Source of the DNA: Savitreella phatthalungensis
Lineage: Eukaryota
DNA: 64,000 nucleotides
Assembly: GCA_051599415.1 (NCBI GenBank)
Contig: AP039692.1
Coordinates: 62,001 to 126,000 of the forward strand
Direction: 5' to 3'
The notes below the pieces were generated by a model. The model searched no databases. It was given only the letters and a program-made list of their open reading frames with translations, and was not told the origin of the DNA. Positions 63,826-64,000 of the stretch are shown piece after piece; position 1 is the stretch's first letter, and the number at the start of each line of letters is the position of its first letter. Position numbers and translations under genes: made by a program.

Positions 63826-63999
63826 TTAGAAGGCCTTACGGTCAAGCTTACACTTCTTGAACAATGCATGGGTCTTCGTGAACAATGCATCGGTGTGCAT
63901 CGAGTCCAAAGCATACTCGCGTTCCCAGCGGTCTATAAGATCAAAGCTATACAGGTTATCAGGCAGCATCTTGTAGATCAGCTCACAGCTTGTGACCAC
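63826..63999 (-). CDS. Possible 3' end of a gene entering from beyond the window
   Basis: Open frame VVTSCELIYKMLPDNLYSFDLIDRWEREY...KLDRKAF*; no recognised domain. Confidence 0.3.
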   Translation of the reverse strand: MVTSCELIYKMLPDNLYSFDLIDRWEREYALDSMHTDALFTKTHALFKKCKLDRKAF

Positions 64000-64000
64000 T

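Overview
Gene-dense fungal nuclear DNA with few, short introns (45-85 nt, GTAYGT/GTAAGT donors, CTRAC branch sites). Several proteins look closest to fission-yeast orthologues (Tad3, Iec3, Mug8/Msb1), which points to an early-diverging ascomycete (Taphrinomycotina-like); this is inference from recalled family sequences, not a database search. About 38 protein genes are present, mostly housekeeping: Slt2/Pmk1 MAPK 3' end, TOM70, RRP4, TAF8, MnmA/SLM3, HSP10, PRE2, TRM13, SLY1, CPA1, ERV25, MET1, ISWI, MRF1, RACK1 and others. There is also one intron-containing tRNA-Gly(TCC) and an intronic U24 snoRNA. I recognised no mobile element or CRISPR array. The most striking locus (20277-22526, minus strand) is one reading frame that fuses an intact SRAP/HMCES abasic-site DNA-protection domain to a complete Tad3/ADAT3 tRNA-deaminase subunit. 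A 45-nt intron sits exactly over the Tad3 stop codon and could swap its C-terminus for an ~87-aa tail. Other features missing from the ORF track: an arginine attenuator peptide uORF before CPA1, and a candidate Cys-rich non-AUG uORF upstream of a CASTOR/ACT amino-acid-sensor gene.
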